A stretch of DNA of 64,000 nt, from positions 83,638,001 to 83,702,000 of the forward strand of contig NC_043003.1 of assembly GCF_006345805.1 (NCBI RefSeq), given 5' to 3'. The notes beneath the pieces were generated by a model, which worked only from the letters and a program-made list of their open reading frames with translations, was not told the DNA's origin and did no database searches. Below are positions 41,481 to 55,541 of this stretch, one piece after another. Source of the stretch: Octopus sinensis. Taxonomy: Eukaryota. The position numbers were made by a program, and so were the translations under genes. Within the stretch, counting starts at the first letter, position 1. Every line of letters begins with the position of its first letter.

Positions 41481-42849
41481 CATGATCGTATATGATTTAA
41501 AGGTGAGATTTATTATTAAGTAGCAAATATTTGAATTGATCAGATGTCACGAGCATATCAGAGAATGGTAAAAATGAAAAAGTTTGCTCGCATACACAGT
41601 CAAGTTGATTCCATCATATCACCAGAGTTTAAAGACCACAACGGGGAGATCTCTCTTTTATATTGTTAAAATTCAAATCGTGCCTTCAGCAGGATTTCAT
41701 CTTGCATGGAATAAACAAATGCATGAAATGATTTCCAAGACCTTTTGTCGAAGATACTCAAGCAAGTGAAGTTAAGTACATTCCATATCTTGTGTGGCAG
41801 TTTGGAATTTACAACAAATTGAGAGTTTCCTCCTGCTCACTCCAGACGACTGGTACTTAGTGGAATGCAATATTGTCAGAAGTTTCTGAATCTCAAGCAG
41901 CCAAAAGTCATGGGATTGTTTTTTTTTTATCATGCTATTAAAATACTGTGATCTATCCAGTCGGCTTCAGCTCAAGTTCAAGTATCTTGATGACCTCAAT
42001 AGAGAGTTCAAGCATCAAGCGGAATAGATTTAGGTCGGTATGGATGTAGGGCACAGAGAGTAACTCTACATTTCAGCCTTCGTCGACATTGGGAACAAGT
42101 GGCCAAGAACTTCATAAATAGAGCTTTTTTAAACATATCTATATGGAAGTCAATAAGCTATCAACGAAAGATTTGAGAGAAGCATGACACAATACTAACA
42201 CATTAAGATCATACATACATCAATGATTATAAACCCAAATTTACTACAGATAAGAAGATGCTTTGTTAGTCTCTTTTAGTAGGGATGGGTGGCGAGAAGC
42301 TAAAATTTGCTTCCTTGGAGTCCAAATGGAGTTGGAAAAGCATTCTTGGTTAGGCTATTGCTTACCAAAGTCTGACAATACAAAGATATAACTACTGAAG
42401 TTGCTTTATGGGGTATTCAGCTATACCTCTTCATGGAGTGAAAGTGCATGGCCAAGTGATTAGGGCGTTGCACTCACGATTGCAAGATCGCCGTTTCGAT
42501 TCCATGACTTGGTGGTGCGTTACGTTGTGGTCTTGAGCAAAACACTTTATTTCTCGTTGCTCCAGTTTATCCTGCTGTAACATGTTATTGTAAACCTTGT
42601 GATTTCAGTCACTTATACGTCGCGTAAACCGGGTAACCAGCTATATGAGTCCTATGACTGAAGACGGAGGCTTACTTCTTCATAGAAGCTGTACAGTGTA
42701 TTCTGCCTTCAAGTATCTGGACCAAATTTTGCACCTGTTTGCAGTATTACTAAGAATCAGGAACAGAAAAAGGAATTCGGAATGACTGACTGAGATGAAA
42801 GAGCAATGCCACTCAGGAAATTCCTGGAGCCCTGAAATACCTAACCGAT

Positions 42850-43555
42850 AAACTTCTTGAAAATATTACAAATTTTTAGAGTTCCAGTAATGGTTTGGAT
42901 CTGTAATCCTCGAATCAGCTTTCTCTTTTCTGGTTTTGAGAAGCCTAATTTCTCAAGATTGGTATTTAGACAGTGTTTTACATATCCTAATTTCCCGATA
43001 ATCACAGGTAATAAACCTGAACTTGTGATCTGGGTAGAGTAACTGTAGAATTCTCAATAGTTCAATGTAAATATTTTCTTTTCGGTGATTTTTAACATTA
43101 TGTTAACATCCTCTGAGCTGCTAATTCTCACTACTGTACACAGTTTCTCTTCTCTGTCCTAAATCACTATTTCAGGTCTATTATGTTTACATTTTATTGA
43201 AGTTTTCACTGGGACATTCCACCCATGCTCGTTCTTATTATGAGTGGTTATGGCCTCTAACATACTGTGGGATCTTATTTCTTTGGCCTCGGGATTTTAC
43301 AGTGTCGTAACAATATCATATTCCATTGACAAACAATACTGAGATGGCGTTTTTGGACAACTGCTTATGACGTGGGTGATAATATCTTCGGTGTTGACTC
43401 CACAAAGTCTGCCTTGATTATCACATTTTGGTACATCTCCTACATCACTGTCCCTTGCGTGCATTAGGTATTTTGTAGATATTTTCTGTTCCCGAATTGC
43501 AGACGCACGCTGGAAGGAGTCTGATGGAAATAGTGAGACAGAGGGGTAGTTAAGA
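42850..43555 (-). mobile_element. R4/Dong-type (restriction-like endonuclease) non-LTR 3' remnant, copy 1
   Basis: RLCGVNTEDIITHVISSCP (CCHC-like), KCKHNRPEIVI, EKENIY..LLRILQLLYPDHKFRF. Confidence 0.8.
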
Positions 43556-43561
43556 GTCAAG

Positions 43562-43797
43562 GTAATAAAGCGGCGAGCTGGCAGAAACGTTAGCACGCCG
43601 GGCGAAATGCGTAGCAGTATTTCGTCTGCCGCTACGTTCTGAGTTCAAATTCCGCCGAGGTCGTCTTTGCCTTTCATCCTTTTGGGGTCGATTAAAGAAG
43701 TACTAGTCACGCACTGGGGTCGATATAATCGACTTAATCCGTTTGTCTGTCCTTGTTTGTCCCCTCTGTGTTTAGCCCCTTGTGGGTAGTAAAGAAA
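43562..43797 (+). mobile_element. tRNA-derived SINE family B (GTCG.CTTTGCCTTTCATCCTTT.GGGGTCGAT core)
   Basis: GAGTTCAAATTCC B-box-like; other copies at about 1812-2025, 2042-2170, 21790-21955, 29145-29330, 30262-30386 and 51830-51953. Confidence 0.8.
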
Positions 43798-44194
43798 TCT
43801 TTATATATAAAAGTCAAGTTGTGTGTCTGTCTCCTACGATTTAGATTCCTAACTACTCCCACGTTTTGCGGTGCAGTTTAACCAAAACCGGGTATCTTAT
43901 AGTCGTGATTCATATCGAGTCCTTCTGGGTATTAGCGCGCGTCTACGATGAATCTACGATTAAAAAAAAAATTTACCATCATTTTTTTCCATTTCAATGC
44001 ATTTTTTCGCTATTATATAAGGGAAGTAACTCTCTAAAAATGTCTACGATGAGTCAACGATTTAAAAAAAATTTACCATCATTTTTTTTCCATTTTTAAT
44101 GCATTTTTTTCATATTTTTTTGTTATAACTCTCTAAAAATGCTTATATAGTTATTTCCCTTACAGATCCGAGCAACGCCGGGCGATACTGCTAG
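43798..44194 (+). mobile_element. Non-autonomous Helitron, family 1
   Basis: 5' TC(TTTATATATAAAA); 3' hairpin CCGAGCAACGCCGGG then CTAG; inserted between A and T. Confidence 0.85.
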
Positions 44195-45152
44195 TAGGTA
44201 ATATGAACAATCCCGTAAAGATAAGATATAAAGAACAAAAACAAGAAGATAAAGTTAAAGGCTAGCTTGATAAAAGCATGGTCAAATAACTCACATAGTA
44301 CCGAAGAGATATTTTTAACAACACAGTCATACTTACACTCGTTCATTAGCAGCTAATGAGAGGAGATGGGAAGTAGATAATGAGGAGATGGGAAGAATGA
44401 TGGACGTGTATTTAGATCTATCATAGGACGAACTGAATATATTGTTTACAGGAAAATAATACGAGATTTTACAATTTATTTCATTTGGAATGTTATAAAC
44501 TCTCTTTACATTACAATTTTCTGTAAACAGAAGGAAATTCCTTTGTTTCAAGGAGAGGCATTTTTCTAAAAGTTATGTGTTAAACGAAATCGCGCAGTAA
44601 GCTTCCTGTTATAACATACACACTCGGAGCACAAACATTCATGCGCGCGAGCATTGGTGTTTATTTTTTATAGGAAATGACTTATAAAGACAATCTAACA
44701 TTAAATACCTTTTAGTGGAATACATAATTTATTCATGACGGCTGGTAATCTGTAACTTATGAATGAGTCACTGTCAACCTTTTCCTTGAAAAAAAAAAAA
44801 AAAGAAAACAAGCATACAAACACATTTATACAGATACATACATACATATATACACACATACATACATACATACATACATACATACATACATACATACATA
44901 CATACATACATACATACATACAAAATTACCTTGTTAATGTTGAAATTCCAATGAAGGAGCCTTGGATCTATGTTAGAAACCAACTCTTTCTCTATTGGCA
45001 AGAAATCTTGAAATAAAACTGAACAATGACATACATACATACATACACACGCATTCATACATATATACATACACACATACATACATACATATATATACAC
45101 GCATACATACATATATACATACACACACACACACATACATACATACATACAT

Positions 45153-45183
<31 letters not shown>

Positions 45184-45414
45184 TACATACATACATACAT
45201 ACATACATACATACACACATACATACACACATACATACATACATACATACATACATACATACATACATACATACATACATACATACATACATACATACAC
45301 ACACACATACACACATACACACATACATACATACATACATACATACATACATACATACATACATACATACATACATACATACATACATACATAAGGTAGT
45401 CTATCATAGGCCAA

Positions 45415-45815
45415 AACCCAGATTACTAACTCCCACTTTGAAGGGTGTGCGTTTGCAATCCAGGAATAGTAAATATCAACCAAATATCTGATGAACAAAA
45501 CGGACGGAGGTGCAGGTAAAGCACCAAAATGTGATAACCGATGCAGACATTGTGGGGTTAACACCGAAGATATCGCTCACATCATAAGCAGTTGAACGAA
45601 AACATCATTGCGGTATTATCTACCGATGAGATATGATGCTGTAGTTAAGACACTCTATAATGAGATCGGTCGGCAGTATAATCCTGAGGCCAAAGAAATA
45701 AGAACCCTCAGTATATATGAGGCCATAGCCACTCATAATAATAAGAAGGACTGGTGAAATGTCCCAGTGAAAATCTCAATAAAATCTAAACACAATAGAC
45801 TTGTAGTTCAGAACT
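45415..45815 (+). mobile_element. R4/Dong-type non-LTR 3' remnant, copy 2
   Basis: CRHCGVNTEDIAHIISS..YYLPMRYDAVVKTL; homologous to copy 1 in opposite orientation. Confidence 0.75.
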
Positions 45816-46132
45816 ACACCTTACCAAAATAAATAAATAAATGTATGATAGCAATATATTCTAAATATAACTCAAAGAATATAACTAAAAGAGAAAGGAA
45901 AGGGAAAACATTTTTTTTATTTTTTTATTTTTTATTCTCTATTTTTTGTTTCTTTTTTCTTTTTCTTTTCTTTCTTTTCTTACCATCCCTAAAAACCAAT
46001 TCAAAGCAATGGTGTAAGTAGCAAACAAGTTTTCTTTAAAAAGACCATTTCAATACAATAAAAAGTGGTGAATAGGAAAATGAATAGCCCTTCTCTCTCT
46101 CTTTTATCCTACCCATCTTTCTATCTGTGTGA

Positions 46133-46251
<119 letters not shown>

Positions 46252-46600
46252 CGTGTCCGTCTATCTATCCATCTTCCACTATCCCCAAAAAACAAAACAA
46301 AAACAATGTTCTCTTATAAGCAAAATCCCCCCAAAAAATCTGTCTTATATAAATAAGCAAGATATCTGTATATTCACAGATTTGTATTTGACAAGTTCGA
46401 AAGACGAACGAAAGCACTATTATGAAAATGAAGATATAATAATAAAAAAAGTTCTTTTCAAAATTCTGACAACTTTTTTTCAATATTCACTTCTGTACAT
46501 CGCACCTAACACTCTACACACGCGCGCGTGCACACACACACTCACACATATGTATATATATATATGTATTTATATGTATGTATGTATGTATGTATGTATA

Positions 46601-47505
46601 CGATGGGGTGGGGCTGAAAAGTTCATAGGCTGATTATGAAAGACTGAAGCAAGGGCTGCGAACTCTTACAAGCATTAATTTCAACCCCATTTATTAATAA
46701 CTTAATTGTTTCTTTCCAAGTAAACTCACATCTGATCGTTCAAAGAAAACTTCGAAAGTAGCAAGTAGTGACTTCTTTTGAAAATGGACAAAATTTGGCA
46801 TTGTGGTGTTAACAAGTATCTGCAGGAAAAAAAATGGTTTAACCCATAAGGTCATTCATGTTGGCACGGTTACCACATTAGGGGATGACGCCCCAGCTTT
46901 ATCGACAGTCGAAAGTGGGCAGCTGAATTTAGGAGGGGAAGGAATAGTCTTGAGGTTGACACAAAGTCGAGACGTCCTGCAGCTGCCACTACCAAGGAAA
47001 ACATTGATCGTGTTTACCACATGGTGATAGATGATAGGCAATTGACTATAAATCAAAAAGCCAATGCTATTAGCGAGGCTCACCAATGGAGAAGTTCTTA
47101 AGCAGATCAGGCCGAAAATGTCGCGAGAAGCTAGGATCACCAAGCATTGATTGGCATATTTCGGTCATATTATGCGGAGAAAATCCCTGGAGAAGGACAT
47201 CATGCTCGGAATGGTCAGTGGCAAGAGAGGAAGAGGCCGACCAAGAACCCGCTGGCTTGACACCATCAAGAGAGATACCGGAATGGACATAGCCAATCTG
47301 AAAAAAGCGGCCCAGGATAGAACTGACTGGAGGACACTGATCCAACAAGTATCCGAGAGTCGACTTCGACTGAGCGGATAGATAGATAGATTAGCATATG
47401 CCGTGAAAGCGTTGAAAATATAATCTCCACAATGAACTTAGCATGACGAAGGTCTCTATTCGATGGGTGCCACGTCTTCTGACACCTGATCAAAAGCGGG
47501 AAAAT
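46601..47505 (+). mobile_element. Mariner transposon 5' remnant (TIR + N-terminal transposase)
   Basis: TA-flanked TIR; MDKIWH.GV.KYL, LGDDAPALSTV, RSRRP..TTKENIDRV and WVPRLL continuing after the LINE insertion. Confidence 0.85.
47075..47389 (+). mobile_element. RTE (BovB-like) LINE 3' fragment inserted into a mariner, with 6-bp TSD ATTAGC
   Basis: YFGHIMRR..LEKDIMLGMVSGKRGRGRPRTRWLD; (GATA)n tail; ATTAGC at 47069-47074 and 47390-47395. Confidence 0.9.
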
Positions 47506-47838
47506 CTGAAACTATTTGGAAGTAGATCCACTTAGTTTCCTTGAATGTGTGTGTGTGTGTGTGTGTCTACATACATACATACATACATACATACATACAT
47601 ACATACATGTGATTATTCAGTTTTATTTCTAGTGTTCTTACCAATAGAGGAGTTGGTTTGTAACTGAGACCCAAGGCTCTTTGACTGGAATTTCAACAAT
47701 ATCAGCGGCGTAATTGTGCAAGTTTGTGTGTATATATGCAATATTTGGATTCAGTGCATCAGCGAATTTGTATGTTTTGTTTTATATATGTATTTTCATG
47801 CCGATAATTGCATGTCCAGACATTTATATATATATATA

Positions 47839-48115
47839 TCTCTTATTATAAAAGGCAGATTTTATCTGCCTCCCTTTGGGAGTTATACAAATCTACAATA
47901 TAGGATTTCTTCAATTACAATTTACCTAGCATTTTTAAGAGTACAAGGCATCGCGTCATGCCAGGTCCAGTTTTTAAAATTTAAACTCCAATTAAGCAAA
48001 ATTTACAGAAAACTCACATTCTGGTGTGTGTGTCAAATGCTTTTCTTAGTCTGGTTTACACCACACGCAAACGCACACACACAGTGGGCAAGGAATAAAA
48101 TGAAAGTAATTCACT
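47839..48115 (+). mobile_element. Helitron-like family 2 5' segment
   Basis: Near-identical to 49783-50055. Confidence 0.55.
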
Positions 48116-48212
48116 TACTGTAGTGAGTGATTCTTTCACTCTGCCTCCCACTTCCTCTTTCCACACATAGACACGCAAATATATAAATAAAATTGTAAGC
48201 TAACGTGCGTGT

Positions 48213-48243
<31 letters not shown>

Positions 48244-48350
48244 CGCGTGTGTGTGTGTGTGAGGGTGCGTGTGTGTGTGTGCGTGTGCGTGAGTGTGTGA
48301 CAGGAAAGTTTTTTACGACGAATATAACACCTATATCCAAGTAGCAGAAA

Positions 48351-48600
48351 GATAAGACAGTAAGGTGTGATTTGAGGGAGATTTGGCTGCTATTTCTGCC
48401 ATGTAGGTGTCTCCCTCATAGGCTCATACATACATATATACATAGATAAGACAGTAAGGTGTGATTTGGGGGAAATTTGGCTGCTATTTCTACCAGGTCT
48501 AGCTACAATGTAGAGGTCCCCCTCATTGGCTCATATATACATACATAAGACAGTAAGGTGTGATTTGAGGGAGATTTGGCTGCTGTTTCTACCAGGTCTG
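48351..48600. repeat. Three tandem copies of an about 95-bp unit (ATAAGACAGTAAGGTGTGATTTG.GGG..ATTTGGCTGCT.TTTCT)
   Basis: Units at about 48351, 48444 and 48546. Confidence 0.85.
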
Positions 48601-48964
48601 TTAGGCCTTCTCATGTAAACTCAAGCTTTATCATGCCTTGAACATAAGACCAAAGCAGAGAATGTATTCTTTTATTCTTCTGCTTTTTCCAGCCATTGGT
48701 CTGTGGCCATGCTGGGGCAATGCCTTGAAGAATTGTAGTTTAATGAATCAACTCCAGTTTTATTTTTGTAAGCATTGTACTTATTCTATCTGTTTCCTTT
48801 GTCAAACCACTAGGTGACAGGGATGTAAACAAACCAACATTCGTTGTCAAGCAGTGGTGGAGGACAATCACAAGCACAGACACGCACACACACACACATA
48901 CATGCATACACATATACACACATACATACATACATGCATATATATATATGTGTGTATATATATA

Positions 48965-49262
48965 TTGCAGCGTGGAAGGTGTTTGTAAGCCATTTAAGAA
49001 ACACACAAAAACCGTTACATTCACTTCAACATTTAAATTTAATTTGCCAAAATATTTTCGTCGCTTTCAGACCGCGACCTGTTCACTGACAAAAATATCG
49101 TGCTAACAGGTCGCGGTCTCAAAGCGACGAAAATATTTTGACAAATTAAATTTAAATGTTGAAGTGAATCTAACGGTTTTTGTGTGTTTCTTAAATGGCT
49201 TATAAACACCTTCAACGCTGCAACTGTTTTCGTTCCAGCACACGATCTCAGATCAAGTCACT
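48965..49262. mobile_element. Fold-back (palindromic) pLTR-type repeat, copy 1
   Basis: Arms 48965-49083 and 49105-49223 are near-perfect inverted repeats; same family as 60985-61328; flanked by microsatellite. Confidence 0.85.
49043..49093 (-). ncRNA. Minimal type-I hammerhead fold with swapped G3-C8 core
   Basis: Minus strand reads TTTGTCA-GTGAACA-G-GTCGC-GGTCTGAAA-GCGAC-GAA-AATATT-T-TGGCAAA: 7-bp stem I (one wobble), 5-bp stem II, palindromic stem III, UUU triplet. Confidence 0.7.
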
Positions 49263-49388
49263 CTGTAACTATCATCTCTGTAACTATATATATATTTATA
49301 TATATATATATATATATATGTATATTGGTAAAAACAGTAAGATAACAAAAGAAAGAAAGAGACCTCAATATTATGTAAATAGAGGAAA

Positions 49389-49782
49389 TCTTTATATATA
49401 AAAGTGAGGTTGTGTGTCTGTCTCCTACGATTTAGATTCCTAACTACTCCCACATTTTGCGGTGCAGTTTAACCAAAACCGGGTATCTTATAGTCGTGAT
49501 TCATATCGAGACCGTCTGGGTATTAGCGAGCGTCTACGATGAGTCTACGATTTAAAAAAAATTTACCATCAATTTTTCCCATTGTTAATCCATTTATGAC
49601 ATATATAAGGGAAGTAACTCTCTAAAATTTATTATTAAATCTCAGAACGTAAAAAGCTACAGTAACACCCCTCCCCCTTTGTGGTTAGCCATATTGAGAT
49701 GGCTATTATACTTTACATCTCTAAAAATGCTTATATAATTATTTCCCTTACAAACCCGAGCAACGCCGGGCGATACTGCTAG
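49389..49782 (+). mobile_element. Non-autonomous Helitron, family 1 (second copy)
   Basis: Same termini and internal sequence as 43798-44194. Confidence 0.85.
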
Positions 49783-51241
49783 TCTTATTATAAAAGGCAG
49801 ATTTTATCTGCCTCCCTTTGTCAGTTATAGAAATCTACAATATAGGATTTCTTCAATTACAATTTACCTAGCATTTTTAAGAGTAGAATGCATCGGGTCA
49901 TGCCAGGTCCAGTTTTTAAAATTTAAACTCCAATTAAGCAAAATTTACAGAAAACTCACATTCTGGTGTGTATGTCAAATGCTTTTCTTAATGTGGTTTA
50001 CACCACACGCACACGCACACACACAGTGTGCAACGAATAAAGCGAAAGTAATTCACTGTGTGTTGACAGGTAGACAATAGAATGCGATGGCGATGTAATA
50101 TTTGTTTCTGTCTATCACGCTGATAGATACATGAGTAAAATGTATGGCAAGCTAAGAGATAAGAGTGAGTGAAAATGTTCTTGGAAGAGAGTAAATAGCG
50201 ACAGAGTGATTTGAGGAAGACTAAACTGAAAGTATTTCTATAAAACGGATCACGCATGCTATCAACATAATTTCTCCCACTTTCTCTTTGCAAGTGTACC
50301 TTAAACCACTACTCAAAAAATAAAAAAACACAGCAAACAGAAACAAATAAATACATAACGATTTACTCCTCACACAATTTCTTCAATTAGAGTTTACCTA
50401 AGATTTTTCAAAGTACTCCATTCGGTCATGCCATAACAAATTTCTTTCAATTTCACCCCCAATTAAGACAAAATTCGAGAAAACTCAATATTTTAACATT
50501 TCACTCCGAAAGCATTGATGTACATGTGTGCGTGCGTGAGTGTGTGTGTGTGTGTGTGTTTGATGGGTTGTGCGACACAGAAAGTGTGGTGTGTAAGTGA
50601 AGTGCTTTTGTTAGTGTGTGTAAAGAGACAGAGAGAGTGAAAGACAGAAATAACTGAACTTTTTTTATTCACTTTTTCTAGTGAGTGACTGAGAGAGAAA
50701 AGAGAGAGAGAGGTTATGTATGTATATATGTATGTATGGCTTCAGTGACACACACACACAAAAACACATACCTACGTACACCTAAAGCACGCACGCACAC
50801 ACAAGCGGAGCGCGAACTTCAAAATTTTGGTAGTATTAATTTGCGAGCGTACTTCTAAGCGCGCGTAATTGAAAGTTTTCACTATGATATCATCACGTGC
50901 GAAAAAATTCGAAGGGTTTTGAACAATTGAAATACAGATGTCACGCCTGTATTGAAACCATTGCTAAGCTGCCGTAATTGCTTAATTAAGACTTTGTTTA
51001 AATTGAAAGGGGCAAATATGTGACGAGGTTGAAAAAAATACCCCAGAAAAAAAAATGTACTGCTGGTATCTATATAATTCACTACTATTTTGCTACAATG
51101 TCATGAAAAAGAAAAAATTTAGGTATGTACAACATATATTATACATTTTTTATATTCATTCAACGAAAATAAACAAATCGAATTCGCCACCTCCTTTTCC
51201 CCGTTCGCGTTTGTGTAAAAAAAATTATTATTTAAGTTTTA
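49783..51241 (+). mobile_element. Helitron-like family 2 segment fused directly after the family 1 CTAG
   Basis: Starts TCTTATTATAAAAGGCAG; first about 270 bp repeated at 47841-48113; 3' boundary uncertain. Confidence 0.55.
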
Positions 51242-51599
51242 TCTCTATATAAAGCTAAAGTTGTCTGTGTGCGCCACGTTTGGTAACCTTCAACTAACAC
51301 TATCTCCTCCGAGACCCTGCGGCGCAAGTTGACCAAAATTGAGAGTATGATAGAAGAAGGGTTGCTCTTCCTTCCGTAGAACATAAAATTCAAATCGGAC
51401 CATGTTAACACCAAAAATTATTTACATCAAAAAGATGCTTTTTTCTATGAAAATCCCTATTTTTTACGATTTTTTCACTGCTGTGTCGCCACTTTTCGGT
51501 GTATTTCGACCAGAAAAATGTTCACAAAATTTTTACTTTTCAAAATTACAATTCCAGCGGGTCGAAACAAACCCGAGCAACGCCGGGCGATACTGCTAG
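51242..51599 (+). mobile_element. Non-autonomous Helitron, family 3 (different body, same 3' end as family 1)
   Basis: A|TCTCTATATAAAG..CCCGAGCAACGCCGGGCGATACTGCTAG|T. Confidence 0.8.
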
Positions 51600-51631
<32 letters not shown>

Positions 51632-51699
51632 TGTATGTATGTATGTATGTATGTATGTATGTATGTATGTATATATGCACTTAAATGATAAACTTTTGG

Positions 51700-52985
51700 G
51701 AAGTTTTACAAATTTTGACAGTTCTGGTGATGGCCTGTATCCGTAATCTAATTAACTTTCTCCTTTCTGGTCTTGAGAGATCTAATTTTTCAAGATTGAT
51801 GCTGAGGCTGTTTGTTACATATTTTAGAGTCCTTTCGGGGTCAATAAATAAAGTACCAGTTACGCACTGGGGTCGATGTAGTTGACTTAATCCCTTTGTC
51901 TGTCTTTGTTTGTTCCCTCTATGTTTAGCCCCTTGTGGGCAATAAAGAAATATATTTTAGAGTCCCAATAATTACAGGTATAAATCTAAATTTGTAATCC
52001 GAATGGAGTAGCTGTAAATTTCTCAAAAGTTTAGCGTAGATGTTTTCCTTTTCACTAATCATTAGCTTTATGTTGACATTTGCTGGGTAACCGATTTCAC
52101 GGCAATACATAGTTTCTCTCCTTTTTTCCAAATCACTATATCCGGTATAATATATTTGCATTTTATTGAAGTTTGCACTGAGATATTCCACCCGTGATCT
52201 TCCATATTATGAGTGGTTATGGCCTCTACAGCAGTATGAGTTCTTATCTCTTTGGCCTAGGATTATCCTTCCGACAGATTTCATTGTACAGCATCTTGGT
52301 TACATCATGTCTCTTCAGTAGATAACAACAGGATGGCAGTTTTCGACAACTGCTTATGGTGTGGGTGATATCTTTGGAGTTAACGCCACAAAGTCTGCAT
52401 CGGTTATCACATTTTCATGTTTTTCCCGTGTCTCTATCCCTTTTGTTAGTTAGGAATTCGGTTGTTAATTATTGTTCTTAGATTGCAAATGAATACACTT
52501 CAAAATGGAAGTAAATAATCAGTTGTCGGTCCACGATAGATTACTTTGATTATCAATGTTGCGGTAATCTTATAGCTTTCTGCTTAATATGCACTAATTC
52601 TTTCATCTGACAATACTTTCTGGTAGAGTCGTGCAGCGCCTTTAGGCTTATATTCAAGGTTTTCAGACGGGGAATGTTTCTCGAAAGGCTGCTTTCCAAG
52701 TCTCTCTACCTTATGTATGCAAACTTGATCAAGGGATGCTCTTTGACATTTGACGGTCTAAGATGTTGCCGAAGGGATATGATGTGACATTCAAAAGCAA
52801 TATGGGTCGATGTTAAGCCTCTGCCTCCTTATTTTTGTTTTAAGCAGAGGCGATCAATGTCATTGTTGATGTGAAAATTATTTGTGCTGGTCAGTATTTT
52901 CTGGGTTTTCTCATCAAGCGGCCAATCAAGCAGCCCTCAAATGTTGGTAGAGTACTAGTGCTGCAAACATCTTGTGGGTCATTGT
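51700..52985 (-). mobile_element. R4/Dong-type non-LTR 3' remnant, copy 3 (SINE inserted at 51830-51953)
   Basis: PDIVIW, EIGYPANVNIKLMISEKENIYAKLLRNLQLLHSDYKFRFIPVIIGTL. Confidence 0.8.
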
Positions 52986-54084
52986 TTTATTGAATGTAGA
53001 GAGTTTTGAAGTGTGTGTTGCGTGTGTATGTGCGTGCGCGTGCGCGTGCATGCGTGCGTACGTGAGTGCGTGCGGGTACTTGCGTGTAAATTTGTATGTG
53101 CGTGCTTTTATGTTTTTTATGGACTAGATGCGCTTTTCTATCTTAATAGTATCTTAATACCCCAGAACAGTGGCGGCTCGTGTAAAGGCACTTCGGAACT
53201 GTAGCTCCCCCTATTTCCTCTCGATATTATCGATAACATTCTATATAATGAATCCTGTTTTCTCTGTAATGTCAGTAGCCATCCCCTAGTTTATGAAAAA
53301 AAATACAAAAATCCTTATATAGAACTGTACGCTTCGCACTTCCAGCGACTCGGTGTTTGGCTGTTGTACGCATGCTCACATGTCCGAGATAGGAAGCTGC
53401 ACGCTAGGGAGAGAAAGCATTATGATTCACGCAGTGCCGACCCCGGTGTGCCGGTGAAAGGTACTGTTTCTTTTTGACTCCGCGTGTGTTGTGCTTAAAA
53501 ACGTGTTTATATTCTTGAATGTGATAAAGTGTAGAATTAGATTATTATCCTGTTTCCGGCTTCAGTGTTACTGCCAGGATTTGAAAAATAGGGCAGATTT
53601 CCCACTCCCTTATTTTGTGATTTAGTGGGTGTTTTTGTAAAACAAGGGGAATTCGCAGCAGTGGTTAAAATGAGAACTGATCAAGTTTATGTATAATTTT
53701 TTTTTTATGTTTGCTCCTTTTTACACAATATTAAAACAACGTCTAAAAATTTCCTGAAGCAGCACATCTTCTAATTTTATCTACGAGCCGCCACTGCCCT
53801 TGAAGGTTTTTATTCGAACAATTCGACCCTATTGCTTATTAAGTCAGGTACTTATTCCACATGTCTCCTTTTCCGAACCTCTAAATTACGGGAACATTAG
53901 CACATATATATATACGGCTTCTTTCAGTTTCCACCAGCCAAATCCGCTCAAGAAGCTTTGGTCAGCCCGGGATATTAGTAAAAGACACTCACGCAAAATT
54001 CTACGCAGTGGGACTAAAGTCGAAATCATGTGACTGGGAAGCAAAAGCCTGTGTATGCGTGTGTAGTGATTCATTTTACGTACT

Positions 54085-54616
<532 letters not shown>

Positions 54617-55054
54617 AGTAGATTTAGATTATTATCCTGCTTCTAGCTGGTGTTGCTGCCAGGATTTGAAAAAAGGGCAGATTCCCCACCCCCTTATTTT
54701 GTGATTTAGTAGGTATTTTTGAAAAACAAGGGGAATTCGCGGCGATGTTCAGTGAACGTAGTTATTTATATATTTATTTTTCAAGGTAAAAGTTGACAAT
54801 GACTCAGGTTTCAGATTACAAACCGTCCCGAATAAATATGAACTCCACTAAAATCTATCTAACGTTGTATTATTTATATATAAAAATTAACTTTAAAACA
54901 AACATTAATGCGCACGCGCACATGTATTTGTATGTGCTCTAAGTGTATGTACATACGTATGTATGTATGTATGTATCTATGTATGTATGTATGTATAAAC
55001 AGTAAGTCCTGTGTGTAGCTTGGTGTCATAAATAACAGAAATGACACCTGAGAT

Positions 55055-55462
55055 TCTTTTACTTGTTTCAGTCATTTGACTGCGGCCATGCTGGAACACC
55101 GCCTTTAGTCGAGCAAATCGACCCGAGGACTTATTCTTTGTAAGCCTAGTACTTATTCTATCGGTTTCTTTTGCCAAACCGCTAAGTTACGGGGACGTAA
55201 ACACACTAGTATCGATTGTCAAGCGATGTTGGGGGAACAAACACAGACACACAAACATATACACACAAATACATACATACACACACACATATATATATAT
55301 ACGATGGGCTTCTTTCAGTTTCCGTCTACCAAATCCACTCACAAGGCTTTGGTCGGCCCGAGGCTATAGTAGAAGACACTTGCCAAGGTGCCACGCAGTG
55401 GGACTGAACCCGGAACTATGTGGTTGGTAAACAAGCTACTTACCACACAGCCACTCCTATGC
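55055..55462 (-). mobile_element. SINE family A
   Basis: Full-length match. Confidence 0.85.
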
Positions 55463-55541
55463 CAATAATAACCAATTTTATCTTAATCACCTTTAGAAAA
55501 ATGTTTCCCCATGAATCATATGAATTTCTCTTTGTTTACAG

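Noticed and set aside
41560-42430. Possible RT-like fragment (..AFPTPFGL..) on minus
   Set aside because: Too degraded to assign to a family.
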